From NCBI GenBank assembly GCA_965221585.1, contig OZ244898.1, positions 1,209,420 to 1,273,419 on the forward strand: DNA of 64,000 nucleotides, given 5' to 3'. Under the pieces are notes generated by a model. That model was not told the DNA's origin. It worked only from the letters and a program-made list of their open reading frames with translations, and made no database searches. Origin of the DNA: Candidatus Aldehydirespiratoraceae bacterium. GTDB lineage: Bacteria > Actinomycetota > Acidimicrobiia > Acidimicrobiales > Aldehydirespiratoraceae. Both the position numbers and the translations under genes were made by a program. Of this stretch, positions 35,117 to 45,435 are shown piece after piece. Within the stretch, counting starts at the first letter, position 1. Each line of letters opens with the position of its first letter.

Positions 35117-36418
35117 TCAGAACTGCTGTTCTTCGGTGCTTCCCTTGAGTGCCAGAGTCGAGGCCTTCCCGCCGGAGATCACCGTGGCCACATCGTCAAA
35201 GTAACCGGCACCGACTTCGCGCTGGTGGCGCGTGGCGGTGTAGCCGTCGGTCTCCATTCCGAATTCCCGTTGCTGCAGGTCCACGTAGGCAGACATGTCT
35301 GAGGCGTTGTAGCCGTGTGCCAACTCGAAGGCAGAGGCGTTGAGCGCATGCCACCCGGCAAGGGTGATGAACTGGAACGCATAACCCATCGAACCCAGCT
35401 CCTTCTGGAACTTGGCGATGGTCGAGTCGTCGAGAGCTGCCGACCAGTTGAACGAGGGGGAGCAATTGTAGGCCAGCAGCTTGTCGGGGAACTCGTTGTG
35501 GATCGCCTCCGCGAATCGGCGGGCTTCATCGAGGTCGGGTGTGGAGGTCTCGCACCAGATCAGGTCGCAGTATGGGGCATAGGCGAGGCTGCGCTTGATG
35601 GGTGTCGCCAAACCGGGCTTGGTGTAGAAGAACCCCTCCGACGAGCGCTCGCCGGTGAGGAACTCCCGGTCGCGTTCATCGACATCGCTGGTTATGAGGC
35701 TGGCACCGAGGGCGTCGGTGCGAGCGACGATGATCGTGTCGACCCCGACCACATCGGCAGCGAGGCGTGCGGCACTCAGGGTTGAAATGTGCTGTTGGGT
35801 GGGGATGAGCACCTTTCCGCCCATATGCCCGCACTTCTTGGCAGAACTCAACTGGTCTTCCCAATGGACCCCTGCAGCGCCCGCCTCGATCATCGACTTC
35901 ATGAGTTCGAATGCGTTGAGCGGCCCGCCGAAACCGGCTTCGGCGTCCGCCACGATCGGCAGGAGGTAGTCGACCTGGGGATGACCGGATGTCTCGGACC
36001 ATTCGATCTGGTCGGCACGGCGCAGAGCGTTGTTGATCCGGGCGACCACGGAGGGCACCGAGTTTGACGGGTACAGGGACTGGTCGGGGTAGACATGGCC
36101 GGAGAGGTTGGCGTCGCCTGCGACCTGCCAGCCCGACAGGTAGATGGCGGGCAGACCGGCCTTCGCGTACTGAATGGCCTGGCCTCCGGTCATTGCGCCC
36201 AGGGCGTGGACATAGTCTTTGCTGTGCAGCTGGTGCCAGAGCTTGGCCGATCCCTGGCGTGCCAGGGTCAGTTCGGGTGTGACCGATCCGCGCAGGCGTA
36301 CCACGTCGGCCGCGCTGTAGTCACGGGTGAGCCCGCGCCAGCGGTCGTTGGAAGCCCAGTCTTGCTCCAGTGCTTTCACCTGCTCATCGAAGCTGGCGTT
36401 CATTGTGTGGCCGGTCAT
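35117..36418 (-). CDS. aceA: Isocitrate lyase
   Basis: Has the signature KKCGHMGGK and an ICL-type N-terminus ([25 protein letters not shown]). AGGAGA lies upstream of the ATG. Confidence 0.95.
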   Translation of the reverse strand: MTGHTMNASFDEQVKALEQDWASNDRWRGLTRDYSAADVVRLRGSVTPELTLARQGSAKLWHQLHSKDYVHALGAMTGGQAIQYAKAGLPAIYLSGWQVAGDANLSGHVYPDQSLYPSNSVPSVVARINNALRRADQIEWSETSGHPQVDYLLPIVADAEAGFGGPLNAFELMKSMIEAGAAGVHWEDQLSSAKKCGHMGGKVLIPTQQHISTLSAARLAADVVGVDTIIVARTDALGASLITSDVDERDREFLTGERSSEGFFYTKPGLATPIKRSLAYAPYCDLIWCETSTPDLDEARRFAEAIHNEFPDKLLAYNCSPSFNWSAALDDSTIAKFQKELGSMGYAFQFITLAGWHALNASAFELAHGYNASDMSAYVDLQQREFGMETDGYTATRHQREVGAGYFDDVATVISGGKASTLALKGSTEEQQF

Positions 36419-36446
36419 CGGATCTCTCCTGATCGTTGTCGTGGGT

Positions 36447-38003
36447 TCACAGCAGCCGGTAGGCGACCGTGGTGAGGAACTCGTGGTAGTCGGCTGTCGA
36501 GGTCAGCGTTCTCAGCAGTTGGCGGGCTTCGCCGAATCGGCCTTCCGACCAGGTCTTCTCGCCGAGTTCGGTGCGCAGATCCTGGGTCTCTTCGGCGATG
36601 AGGCGGTCGAGAAGCTCTCCGTCGAGAAGTAGTCCGTTTGTGAGTTGCACCTGGTGGTGACGCCACTGCCAGAGTTGTGCCCGGCAGACCTCGGCCATTG
36701 CGGTGTCCTCGAGGTGGTCATCGATCGGTACCGCTCCGTTGCCGATGAGCCACTCGCCGAGATAGCGAATCACGATCCGGATGTTCTTGCGGACTCCCGA
36801 TTCCGAAACAGATCCACGGGTGGAGGAGACCGAGAGCAGGTCACCGGCGGTGACATAAACGTCGTCTCGCCGGCGTTCCACTTGGTTTGCCCTGCTGCCC
36901 AGAACTTTGTCGAACTCGGCCGCAGCGGTGGGAACGATCTGGGGAACCGCAATGCGGGTGCCGTCGAAACCGTCGCCTGCCTCGCGTCGTTTGTCGATTG
37001 TTACCTTGTGCAGTGCCTGCTCGGTGCGTGCCGGGTCGTCGACATCGGGTATGACCCCGGACATTCCGCCGATCGCGTGGGCATGACGACGATGACAGGT
37101 CGACACCAACAGCTCGGTGAAGGCACGCATGAACGGGGTCATGACGGTGATCTGTTCACGGTCGGGAAGCAGGAAGTCGGGATTGTGACGGAACGTTCTG
37201 GCCACGCTGAAGAGGTAGTCCCAGTTGCCGGTGTGCAGGCCGGTTATGTGGTCGCGCAACTCGAAGAGGATCTCGTCCATCTCGAACGCGGCCAGGATCG
37301 TTTCGACCAGAACGGTCGCGCGGATGGTTCCGCGCTGCAGCCCGAATCGGTCTTCGGCGTAGTCGAACACTTCATTCCAGAGCTGGGCGTCTCGCTGGCC
37401 TTCGAGTTTGGGAAGGTAGAAGTAGGGTCCACTGCCGTTCTCTATGGCGGTGTGGAAGTTGTGGAAGAAACAGAGTCCGAAGTCGGCGAGCGCGGCGCTG
37501 ATGGGTTCACCCTCGAAGGTGATGTGCGACTCCTCCAGGTGCCATGCTCGGGTTCGCACCATCAGGGTCGCGGGCTCTGAGCCCGCAGTCGTCAGTTCGC
37601 CTGCGTAGGCAGCTTTGACGTTGGCCTGGCCGCTCAGAATATTGTGCCAGGTTGGCGATGTTGCGTCTTCGAAGTCGGCCATGAAGACCTTCGCGCCCGA
37701 ATTGAGCGCTTCGATCATGAACTCGGCGGTGACGGGACCGGTTACCTCGGTACGGCGATCCCGCAGGTCCGCCGGCGGTGGCGCCACGGTCCACTCGCCG
37801 GCGCGAATGTGTGCCGTTTCGGGTCTGAACGCGGGAAGCTCACCGGCGTCGATGCGTTGCTGGCGGAAGACTCGATCTTCGAGCAGTCGTTGTCGTTGAG
37901 ACTCGAAGTTGTGGTGCAGGTCCGAGAGGAAGTCGACTGCCTGCGCGGTGACGATTGCATCCGCCAACGGGTGAGGGGTGACCGCGCAACGAGCCAGTGT
38001 CAT
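36447..38003 (-). CDS. aceB: Malate synthase A
   Basis: About 520 aa with AceB-type blocks ([47 protein letters not shown]). The start is ATG 38003 or GTG 38009. Confidence 0.92.
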   Translation of the reverse strand: MTLARCAVTPHPLADAIVTAQAVDFLSDLHHNFESQRQRLLEDRVFRQQRIDAGELPAFRPETAHIRAGEWTVAPPPADLRDRRTEVTGPVTAEFMIEALNSGAKVFMADFEDATSPTWHNILSGQANVKAAYAGELTTAGSEPATLMVRTRAWHLEESHITFEGEPISAALADFGLCFFHNFHTAIENGSGPYFYLPKLEGQRDAQLWNEVFDYAEDRFGLQRGTIRATVLVETILAAFEMDEILFELRDHITGLHTGNWDYLFSVARTFRHNPDFLLPDREQITVMTPFMRAFTELLVSTCHRRHAHAIGGMSGVIPDVDDPARTEQALHKVTIDKRREAGDGFDGTRIAVPQIVPTAAAEFDKVLGSRANQVERRRDDVYVTAGDLLSVSSTRGSVSESGVRKNIRIVIRYLGEWLIGNGAVPIDDHLEDTAMAEVCRAQLWQWRHHQVQLTNGLLLDGELLDRLIAEETQDLRTELGEKTWSEGRFGEARQLLRTLTSTADYHEFLTTVAYRLL

Positions 38004-38040
38004 AACCACAATTCAGTATGAGTCGCAATCGCACAAATAA

Positions 38041-38109
38041 TGCCAGAAATATTGCCCAAAGATACATATCTGAGTTTGCAGGAATCATAAAATCTGGCAA
38101 TATTTGGCA
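38041..38109. promoter_or_regulatory. Inverted repeat TGCCAGAAATATTGCC / GGCAATATTTGGCA in the AT-rich aceB-ramB divergent promoter region
   Basis: The arms are 38041-38056 and 38096-38109, and the right arm ends at the first base of the ramB ATG (38109-38111). Between them, GAGTTTGCAGGA loosely resembles the corynebacterial RamB box A(A/G)AACTTTGCAAA. Confidence 0.4.
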
Positions 38110-39587
38110 TGGCAGATCAATTTGACCTACTTGTTCTGGGCAGCAGAATTCGGCACGCGCGCCGGCGTGCCGATTACACGCTCGCCGAAGTTTCCGCTGT
38201 CGTGAACCGCCCTGCGCCGTATCTGTCACAGCTTGAAACCGGCAAGGTCGAGCCGAAGCTCAGCCTGCTCGGTGAACTGGCGGACATGTTCGGCACCACC
38301 ACGGCCGATCTCCTGTCACCCGAACCCCCCGACCGTCGCGCCCACCTGGAGATCTCTTTGGCGCGGGCCCAGTGCGACCCTGCCTATGAAGCTCTCGGAC
38401 TGCCACACCTCAAGGCGTCGGCCAAGGTCTCAAACGACGTCCTCGAGCATCTTGTAGCGCTCTGGAACGAGCTCAGCCGCCAGGACGGACAGGAGCAACA
38501 GAAGCCCTCGAACAAGGTTCGTTTTGCAGACTTCGCCCGATCGGCCAACATCGCCTTGCGGGCCGAGATGCGCGAACGGGCCAACCACTATCACGAGATC
38601 GAAGCAATAGCCGAGAAAGCTCTGGCCGACGCCAGCTATCCCGGCACGGGACCCATAAGCGAGCGAGTCCTCACCGAACTCGTGGCCGGCCAGGGATTCA
38701 CGATCGAACGGGTCCGTTCCATGCCGCGGACTGCCCGCAGCATCACCGACACCCGCGACAAGATCATCTTCATTCCCGACCGGGGAGGACTCAAGATTCG
38801 CGAGGCCCGCTCGGTGGTGCTGCAGACGCTGGGCCACTTCGCACTCGAACACACCGACACCCGTGACTTCGGGGAGTATCTGCGGCAACGCATCGAATCC
38901 AACTACTTCGCCGCGGCGATCCTGGCTCCCGAGGAACCAGCGGTGGAGTTCCTCCGCGAGGCACAGGCTGCCGACGACATCTCCGTGGAAGATCTCAAGG
39001 AGGTCTTCTACATCTCCTATGAGATGGCGGCACATCGGTTCACCAATCTCGCCACCCACCATCTGGGCATCCCCTGCCACTTCGTGCGCACCGACCGGGA
39101 AGGGGTGATCAACAAGGCGTACGAGAACGACGGGATCCGCTTTCCGGCTGCACCCGACGGGGGTCTGGAAGGCGAACGCGTCCCCCGTCAATGGGGGAGT
39201 CGACAGGCATGGAACGCCTCGGGGAGTTTTCTGCTGCACAGTCAGTTCACGGTCACCGACGGCGGTGAGTACTTCTGCACCACCTACATAGAGACGGAGA
39301 CAGACCGCTGGCCCTACGCCATTACCCTGGGCACGCGCGCCGAGTTCGCTCACTATTTTCGGGGATCGGACACGCTTCGCAAGGAATATTCCAGAGCCTC
39401 GGAGATCGAACCCGACCCCACCCTGGTCGACGAATGGAAGGATGTGACGTGGCCGTCGGCTGCAGAACGCAGCCATGTGCTCTCCGCGCTTCCGCCCTCC
39501 GACCTCGAGTTCAGTCCGTTTCCGGGAATCGACCTGCTCGACGTATACCGGTTCTTGGAACGTCAGCGGCGAGCACGGCGTCCCTAG
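38109..39587 (+). CDS. ramB: XRE-HTH plus ImmA/IrrE-like domain regulator of the glyoxylate shunt (RamB / Rv0465c-like)
   Basis: Has an N-terminal HTH (LGSRIRHARRRADYTLAEVSAVVNRPAPYLSQLETGK) and a long C-terminal domain. It is divergent from aceB-aceA, as in Mycobacterium and Corynebacterium. Confidence 0.85.
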   Translation: MADQFDLLVLGSRIRHARRRADYTLAEVSAVVNRPAPYLSQLETGKVEPKLSLLGELADMFGTTTADLLSPEPPDRRAHLEISLARAQCDPAYEALGLPHLKASAKVSNDVLEHLVALWNELSRQDGQEQQKPSNKVRFADFARSANIALRAEMRERANHYHEIEAIAEKALADASYPGTGPISERVLTELVAGQGFTIERVRSMPRTARSITDTRDKIIFIPDRGGLKIREARSVVLQTLGHFALEHTDTRDFGEYLRQRIESNYFAAAILAPEEPAVEFLREAQAADDISVEDLKEVFYISYEMAAHRFTNLATHHLGIPCHFVRTDREGVINKAYENDGIRFPAAPDGGLEGERVPRQWGSRQAWNASGSFLLHSQFTVTDGGEYFCTTYIETETDRWPYAITLGTRAEFAHYFRGSDTLRKEYSRASEIEPDPTLVDEWKDVTWPSAAERSHVLSALPPSDLEFSPFPGIDLLDVYRFLERQRRARRP

Positions 39588-40159
39588 CGCGCAAGCACCA
39601 CAAGGTGGTCGATCGCCGCGGTCGCGACATGGAGACGATCATCTCGTGGTCGATCGATGTCCACTGCAATCACGTCGGCCCCGGCCGCCTTCAGCAGCCC
39701 GCTGACGCATTCATCGGCGGCCATCACCTCGACCTGGGCTTGATCCGCGGCCAGTTCGTGGATCACGTCCGCGAGGACCGCTGACGGCCGTAGACGCGCC
39801 CCCGTCACGCGGCGTTGAGTTGGTGAGGTGCTGATGGTGGCGATCGAGGCCGTGGGGATCAGAACTTGGTTGTCGTTGTCGTCGCGGACGATCACAAAGT
39901 CGGCGCCGACCGCGGCAATCTGACCGTGACAGCATCGTCCACCTGCGGTTTTAACCGTCACCGGTCGACCCCGTTCGCCCAAATCCAAAAGCACTCCGGT
40001 AATCGTGGACTCCTGCGCGGCCTGTCGTTCGAGCGATCTCTGGCGGGCACGGGCGGCAACGGCCTCGTCGACTCGGCAGTCGGCCAACCAGCGTGACCAG
40101 TCCGCCAAGGGATCGTTGTGGTGGTCTGCGATCGGCTGTCGATAGAGCTTGCTTTTCAT
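39584..40159 (-). CDS. Hypothetical protein (191 aa)
   Basis: Long ORF with protein-like composition, convergent with ramB (4-nt overlap). Confidence 0.5.
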   Translation of the reverse strand: MKSKLYRQPIADHHNDPLADWSRWLADCRVDEAVAARARQRSLERQAAQESTITGVLLDLGERGRPVTVKTAGGRCCHGQIAAVGADFVIVRDDNDNQVLIPTASIATISTSPTQRRVTGARLRPSAVLADVIHELAADQAQVEVMAADECVSGLLKAAGADVIAVDIDRPRDDRLHVATAAIDHLVVLAR

Positions 40160-40195
40160 GAAGCTCCGAGGGTAGCGCTAATATCTAGATGACCG

Positions 40196-41167
40196 ATGAC
40201 TGAACAGACCATCACCCTTCACATCCCTGGCAACCATCTGATGGGGACTCTGCTCGGTGAGTACGATCAGCATCTGCGCCACATAGAGGACGCTTTCCCC
40301 GAAACCACCGTGACAGTCCGAGGCAACGAGGTGCATCTCTCGGGGCCCGATGCCTGGGCTGCGAGGACCACCTTCGAGGAACTCGTGTTGTTGGCCGAGA
40401 ACGGCCAGCGCCTCGATCTCAACACGCTCGACTCGACGATCGACATGGTTCGAGCCGATGAACGACCTTCCAGCCTGTTGAACCATGAAATACTGCGGGC
40501 GGACCGAGGCAGGGTGGTCCGTCCCAAGTCGAGCGGCCAGAAGCGGTACGTCGAAGCGATCGCGGAGAATGTCGTCACCTTCGGGATCGGTCCAGCCGGG
40601 ACGGGGAAGTCCTGGTTGGCGGTGGCAACCGCGGTCGCCGCTCTGCAATCCGAGTCCGTTGACCGAATCATCCTGACCCGCCCCGCGGTCGAGGCCGGAG
40701 AGCGCCTCGGGTTTCTGCCCGGAGACCTGATGGCCAAAGTCGACCCCTATCTTCGCCCGCTGTACGACGCACTCCACGACATGGCGGGTACCGAAGGGGT
40801 TGAGCGGTTGATGGCACGCGGTGTAGTTGAGGTGGCACCGCTGGCATTCATGCGCGGTCGCACGCTCAACTCGTCGTTCATAATCCTCGACGAAGCTCAG
40901 AACACCACCGCGGAACAGATGAAGATGTTCCTGACCCGGATCGGCCACGGATCAAAGGCAGTCGTCACCGGAGACATCACCCAAGTCGACGTAGCAACCG
41001 GCCGCAGTGGCCTCGCCGGTCTGGAACCGATTCTGGGCGGTATCGAGGGGGTTGGATTCGTGTGGCTAACGAAACGGGACGTGGTGCGCCACCGCATCGT
41101 GCAGGAGATCGTCGACGCCTACGAGAAGGCGAAGGACGTCAGTGAAACCCCCGGCGGAGCTACGTGA
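40196..41167 (+). CDS. phoH: PhoH-family ATPase
   Basis: Walker A GPAGTGKS, LTRPAVEAGERLGFLPGDL and ILDEAQNTT...VVTGDITQVD. Confidence 0.93.
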   Translation: MTEQTITLHIPGNHLMGTLLGEYDQHLRHIEDAFPETTVTVRGNEVHLSGPDAWAARTTFEELVLLAENGQRLDLNTLDSTIDMVRADERPSSLLNHEILRADRGRVVRPKSSGQKRYVEAIAENVVTFGIGPAGTGKSWLAVATAVAALQSESVDRIILTRPAVEAGERLGFLPGDLMAKVDPYLRPLYDALHDMAGTEGVERLMARGVVEVAPLAFMRGRTLNSSFIILDEAQNTTAEQMKMFLTRIGHGSKAVVTGDITQVDVATGRSGLAGLEPILGGIEGVGFVWLTKRDVVRHRIVQEIVDAYEKAKDVSETPGGAT

Positions 41168-41640
41168 ACGACTTGGACGGCCCAGTGGTAGTTGTGCTCA
41201 ACGAGCAGGACACCATCGAAATCGATATGGCTCGCTGGCAGCGCCTCGCCGCTCGATCCCTGGAGACTTCGGGGGTGACGAACGGCGAACTCAACCTGAT
41301 CTTTGTCGACGAAACAGCGATGACCGAGCTCAACGCCCAACACCTGGGAGAGAACTACGCCACCGACGTACTGTCGTTTCCCCTCGACGGGTCAGATGCT
41401 GCGCCCTGGGGTCAACCCCTGATCGGTGATGTGGTCGTGTGTCCCGCCCGCGCGGCGGCACAGGCGAGCGACCACGAGGGCCAGGCAGGCCACGACGGGT
41501 CCCTTGACGACGAACTGGCACTGCTGATAGTTCACGGCGTGCTGCACGTGCTCGGCCACGACCATTACGACACCCCGACAACGACTCGGATGCAGTCCTG
41601 TGAGCAGGCTCTGCTGCGTCAACACCACCATCGCGCATGA
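41164..41640 (+). CDS. ybeY: rRNA maturation endoribonuclease YbeY
   Basis: Has the zinc motif HGVLHVLGHDH. Conserved phoH-ybeY order with a 4-nt overlap. Confidence 0.93.
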   Translation: MNDLDGPVVVVLNEQDTIEIDMARWQRLAARSLETSGVTNGELNLIFVDETAMTELNAQHLGENYATDVLSFPLDGSDAAPWGQPLIGDVVVCPARAAAQASDHEGQAGHDGSLDDELALLIVHGVLHVLGHDHYDTPTTTRMQSCEQALLRQHHHRA

Positions 41641-42548
41641 TCTGGATCGTGCTGGCCGTCGTCGTGGCTATGGTAGTCGGGCTCGTCGTCGGAGTCGCGC
41701 TGACGCTCGCCGACCGCATCCCCAAACGGTTGTCGGTCAAGCGCTTCGAGGCTCCGGTTGCTTCTGAGGACGAACTCATTGCGCTCACCGAGGCCGCCGC
41801 TGCTGATGACGTGATTGACGATGAGGAGCGGGAACTGATCGAGTCCGTGTTCGCGCTCGATGACACGATCGTCCGGGAGGTGATGGTGCCCCGCACTGAC
41901 ATGGTCGCGGTGGCGTCGAATCTGGACATAGCCGCGGTCGTCGATCTGGCCATAGACAGGGGGTTGAGTCGACTTCCCGTGTTCGGCGAGGACCTCGACG
42001 ACATCGTGGGCGTGTGCCTGATGAAGGACCTGACTCGTGCGGAGCGGGCGGGACGGGGCGACCAGCACGTGTCGACGCTCATGCGCCGCGCTCGTTTCGT
42101 GCCCGAGACCAAGCAGGCGGGGGTCCTGTTGCGGGAAATGCAGGCCGGCCGCTACCACCTGGCGGTCGCGGTCGACGAATATGGTGGGACTGCCGGTCTG
42201 GTCACGCTCGAGGACGTGGTGGAGGAGTTGGTCGGCGAGATTGTGGACGAGTTCGATGTCGAGGAGCCACTCGTCGAGCCTCTTGCGGGCGGGGAGGTGC
42301 TGGTTCACGGGAGGATGCCGGTCGATCAGCTCAACGCCCTGGTGCGATCCGAACTAGGCGAGGGGGACTGGGACACCGTGGGGGGATTGATCTTCAGCAC
42401 CCTGGGTCATGTTCCGACGGTGGGCGAGGCGATAGAACAGGGCGGTGTGCTCTTGAAGGTCGAACGCATGGAGGGTCGCCGAATCACCAAGGTGCGTCTA
42501 ACGCCGCTTGAACTCCTCGGTCGCGCCGGCACCGCCGATGACCACTGA
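41637..42548 (+). CDS. CBS-pair / CorC_HlyC domain protein with a single N-terminal TM segment
   Basis: E(E)RELIESVFALDDTIVREVMVPRTDM opens the CBS pair and the CorC_HlyC C-terminus is present. It is 303 aa, so most of the DUF21 membrane domain is absent. Confidence 0.8.
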   Translation: MIWIVLAVVVAMVVGLVVGVALTLADRIPKRLSVKRFEAPVASEDELIALTEAAAADDVIDDEERELIESVFALDDTIVREVMVPRTDMVAVASNLDIAAVVDLAIDRGLSRLPVFGEDLDDIVGVCLMKDLTRAERAGRGDQHVSTLMRRARFVPETKQAGVLLREMQAGRYHLAVAVDEYGGTAGLVTLEDVVEELVGEIVDEFDVEEPLVEPLAGGEVLVHGRMPVDQLNALVRSELGEGDWDTVGGLIFSTLGHVPTVGEAIEQGGVLLKVERMEGRRITKVRLTPLELLGRAGTADDH

Positions 42549-43419
42549 GAATTCAGAGACGCGGCACGCTCTGGAAGCCGACGAGCGCTCGGGGTTCGTG
42601 ACGCTGATCGGGCGCCCCAACGCTGGAAAGTCGACCCTGCTCAACAAGATCCTCGGGCTCAAGGTGTCGATCGTCTCCGACAAGCCCCAAACGACCCGCA
42701 CCCAGGTTCGCGGGGTTCTCGAGCGTGGTGGCGCACAACTCGTGTTCGTGGACACTCCCGGTATCCACAAGCCCCGAACTGCCTTGGGTTCCAGCCTCAA
42801 CGCCACCGCCAACCAGGCGAGTTCACAGGTTGACGTCGTGTGCTTCGTTCTCGATGCGACCGCTCGGTACGGCCGCGGCGACGCGGCGATAGCTGAGCGT
42901 CTGCCCAAGGACTCTGTGATCGTTGTGACCAAGTCCGACATCGCATCGCGTCAACAGATCGCCGAGCAGCTTGCGACTACGGCCCATCTGGAAGCGGCCC
43001 AATGGTTCCCGGTGAGCGGGCGAACGGGCGACGGAGTCGAGGACCTGGTCTCGTACCTGATCACAAGGATGCCGTCGGGTCCGCGCCTTTACCCGGAGGG
43101 GACCCTCACCGATGTCGGTGACGAGTTCTGGGTGGCCGAGCTCGTGCGCGAGAAGCTGCTGGCCCTCACCCGTGACGAACTCCCGCACAGTGTCGCCACC
43201 AGGGTCACTGAATGGGAATGGCCCCGGATCCGCTGCGAGATCCTCGTTGAACGAGAGTCCCAGAAACCGATGGTGATCGGGAAGGGTGGAGAGGTGCTAA
43301 AGAAGGTCGGTACGGCGGTTCGTGCCGAGATAGGTGAGGAGGTCTTCATCGAACTCTTCGTGAAGGTCGAGAAGAACTGGCAGCGCCGCCCCGAATTGGT
43401 CCAACGACTCGGCTACTAG
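42538..43419 (+). CDS. era: GTPase Era
   Basis: G1 GRPNAGKST, G3 DTPG, G4 TKSD and a KH domain (VERESQKPMVIGKGG). ATG 42538 overlaps the upstream stop; the ORF is open from 42508. Confidence 0.93.
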   Translation: MTTENSETRHALEADERSGFVTLIGRPNAGKSTLLNKILGLKVSIVSDKPQTTRTQVRGVLERGGAQLVFVDTPGIHKPRTALGSSLNATANQASSQVDVVCFVLDATARYGRGDAAIAERLPKDSVIVVTKSDIASRQQIAEQLATTAHLEAAQWFPVSGRTGDGVEDLVSYLITRMPSGPRLYPEGTLTDVGDEFWVAELVREKLLALTRDELPHSVATRVTEWEWPRIRCEILVERESQKPMVIGKGGEVLKKVGTAVRAEIGEEVFIELFVKVEKNWQRRPELVQRLGY

Positions 43420-45296
43420 CTGTTCTGCAGGGCTCGTAGAAAGCTCTCGGCCTCGAAGCGCTCCTTGGTTCGGCGCATCGGGGGTAGGACCTCGAGCAGT
43501 TGCCAGCGGTAGCTGCGCGAATTCGCGAGACGGGGGTCCAGGACGGCCACCACGCCGCAGTCGGTGGCCGAACGGATCAGCCGGCCCGCTCCCTGGGCGA
43601 GCATGATTGCGGCTCTCGGAAGGTCAACCACCCGGAACGCGTTGGCACCGACCCGCTCGCGGCGTGCCGAGAGCACAGGGTCATCGGGTCGAGGAAAGGG
43701 GAGCCGGTCGATAATCACCAGATTGCAGGTCGAACCGACCGCGTCGATGCCCTGCCAGTAGGACATGGTGGCGAACAGACAGGTTTCGTCGTCCTCTATG
43801 AACTCTTTGAGAAGCTGCGCCTTGGAACCCTCGCCCTGCGTCAAGACCGGCCACGGAACCCGCGACGAGATGCGCGCGGAGGCTTCCTGCATCGCTGCCC
43901 AACTTGTGAACAACGCCAACGTCCTTCCCCCGGCCGCGTTGATCAGAGATTCGATCTCGTGATGCTGTGCCTCCCGATATCCCGGTTCGCGGGGGTCGGG
44001 GAGATCAGCGGCGCAGTACAGCAGAGCGTTCGATTCGTAGTCGAAGGGACTGCCGACATCGACTGTCACAGCGCTGTCGGGAAGCCCGAACTGGGATAGA
44101 GCATCGACGGGCATGGTCGCGGACGTGAGGACGCCGCCGCGGCGCGACCAGAGGTTCTCGGCGAGGATCTTGTTGATCGCCAATGGCGTGGAGCGAAGGC
44201 TGGGATTGTGGGCGGGTCCGTCGACCCACATCACTTCGTCGGGCACTGCCCAGCGAAGAAAGCTGATGTCGTCGAGCAGTGAAGTGACCGACTGGCGTGC
44301 CCGCATGGTCCGGTTCGACACATCGCTGGATGCATCCGCGGGCACTCCGCGAAGCTCCGTCAACAGGTCGGTGACCCGCGCCGAGATGAGGTCGAGTGTG
44401 CTGCCGAGATCCCCTGAGGGGCCGTCGGGAAAGCGGCTCCCCACCAACGGGCCGAGCCGGTCCTTGAGGGCTTCAGCTGCATCGCTGACTCTGGTCGAGG
44501 CGCTTGAGTCGGCGATCACTGCTCTGACCGCCGCTGCCGCGGTCGCCAGCCGGGCGGGACTCAGGTAACGGCCGGCGGCGTCGGCCATGATGTCTTCGAG
44601 TTGGTGTGCCTCATCGATGACAACAGTGTCGTGCTCGGGGAGAACGTCCCCTACGGCGATGTCGATCGCGTACAGATGCAGGTTGACGATCAGCACGTCG
44701 GCGTCGGCGGCGCGGCGCCAGGCCCTCTCTGCAAAGCAGTCGTCGCCTGCGGCGCAGCGGGCGGCACCCGGGCATTCCTCGCGGCTCACGCTCACTTGTT
44801 GCCATGTACGGTCACCGACATCGGCCAGTTCGGATCTGTCGCCGGTGGCGCTCCGGTCGGCGAAGGAGCGGAGTTTCTTGAGGCTCTTCTCATCCAGTCC
44901 CTGCTGGTCAAGCTCCAGGCTGAGGGTCTGGTCCGATTCCGCTTCGCTGAGGCGTTGCAGGCAGAGGTAGTTGGAGCGGCCTTTCAGAACGGCGAAATCG
45001 ATCGGCGCAGAGAATCGGCTTGACACCAGAGGCAGGTCCTTGCCGGCCAGTTGGTCCTGTAGCGCTTTGGTCGCTGTAGCCACCACGACCTTTCGACCCG
45101 ACACGACGATGGGCACCAGATAGGCGAGTGACTTGCCGGTGCCGGTACCCGCCTGGACGACGACATGGCCGTCGCTCGCTAGCGTGGTCGCGACCGCTTC
45201 GGTCATCTCGACCTGTCCAGCACGTTGCTCACCACCGTCGGGCAGGCCGGCGGTGACCTCGGTGAGCAGTTCAACTGCAGTCTCGGCGATGTTCAT
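43416..45296 (-). CDS. dinG: DinG/XPD-family ATP-dependent DNA helicase
   Basis: Motif I AGTGTGKSLAYL, DEAH-box variant IDEAHQL and the C-terminal helicase motifs (FTSW, GVD...DRLPFP, QGAGRLIR). An alternative TTG start lies at 45323. Confidence 0.88.
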   Translation of the reverse strand: MNIAETAVELLTEVTAGLPDGGEQRAGQVEMTEAVATTLASDGHVVVQAGTGTGKSLAYLVPIVVSGRKVVVATATKALQDQLAGKDLPLVSSRFSAPIDFAVLKGRSNYLCLQRLSEAESDQTLSLELDQQGLDEKSLKKLRSFADRSATGDRSELADVGDRTWQQVSVSREECPGAARCAAGDDCFAERAWRRAADADVLIVNLHLYAIDIAVGDVLPEHDTVVIDEAHQLEDIMADAAGRYLSPARLATAAAAVRAVIADSSASTRVSDAAEALKDRLGPLVGSRFPDGPSGDLGSTLDLISARVTDLLTELRGVPADASSDVSNRTMRARQSVTSLLDDISFLRWAVPDEVMWVDGPAHNPSLRSTPLAINKILAENLWSRRGGVLTSATMPVDALSQFGLPDSAVTVDVGSPFDYESNALLYCAADLPDPREPGYREAQHHEIESLINAAGGRTLALFTSWAAMQEASARISSRVPWPVLTQGEGSKAQLLKEFIEDDETCLFATMSYWQGIDAVGSTCNLVIIDRLPFPRPDDPVLSARRERVGANAFRVVDLPRAAIMLAQGAGRLIRSATDCGVVAVLDPRLANSRSYRWQLLEVLPPMRRTKERFEAESFLRALQNS

Positions 45297-45435
45297 GGCA
45301 GGCGGGCTTTCGTGCGATCCCAACAGTCTCAGGTCCCCACCATAGGCACCGCTGTGGACTGTTCTTGAAGAACCGGCCTTCGGGTTCGTTCGACGGTCGA
45401 TAAGCCGGGCGCTTCAACCCGATAGGTTCTACTGC

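Noticed and set aside
40178-40948. 256-aa minus-strand ORF.
   Set aside because: It is antisense to the well-supported phoH gene.
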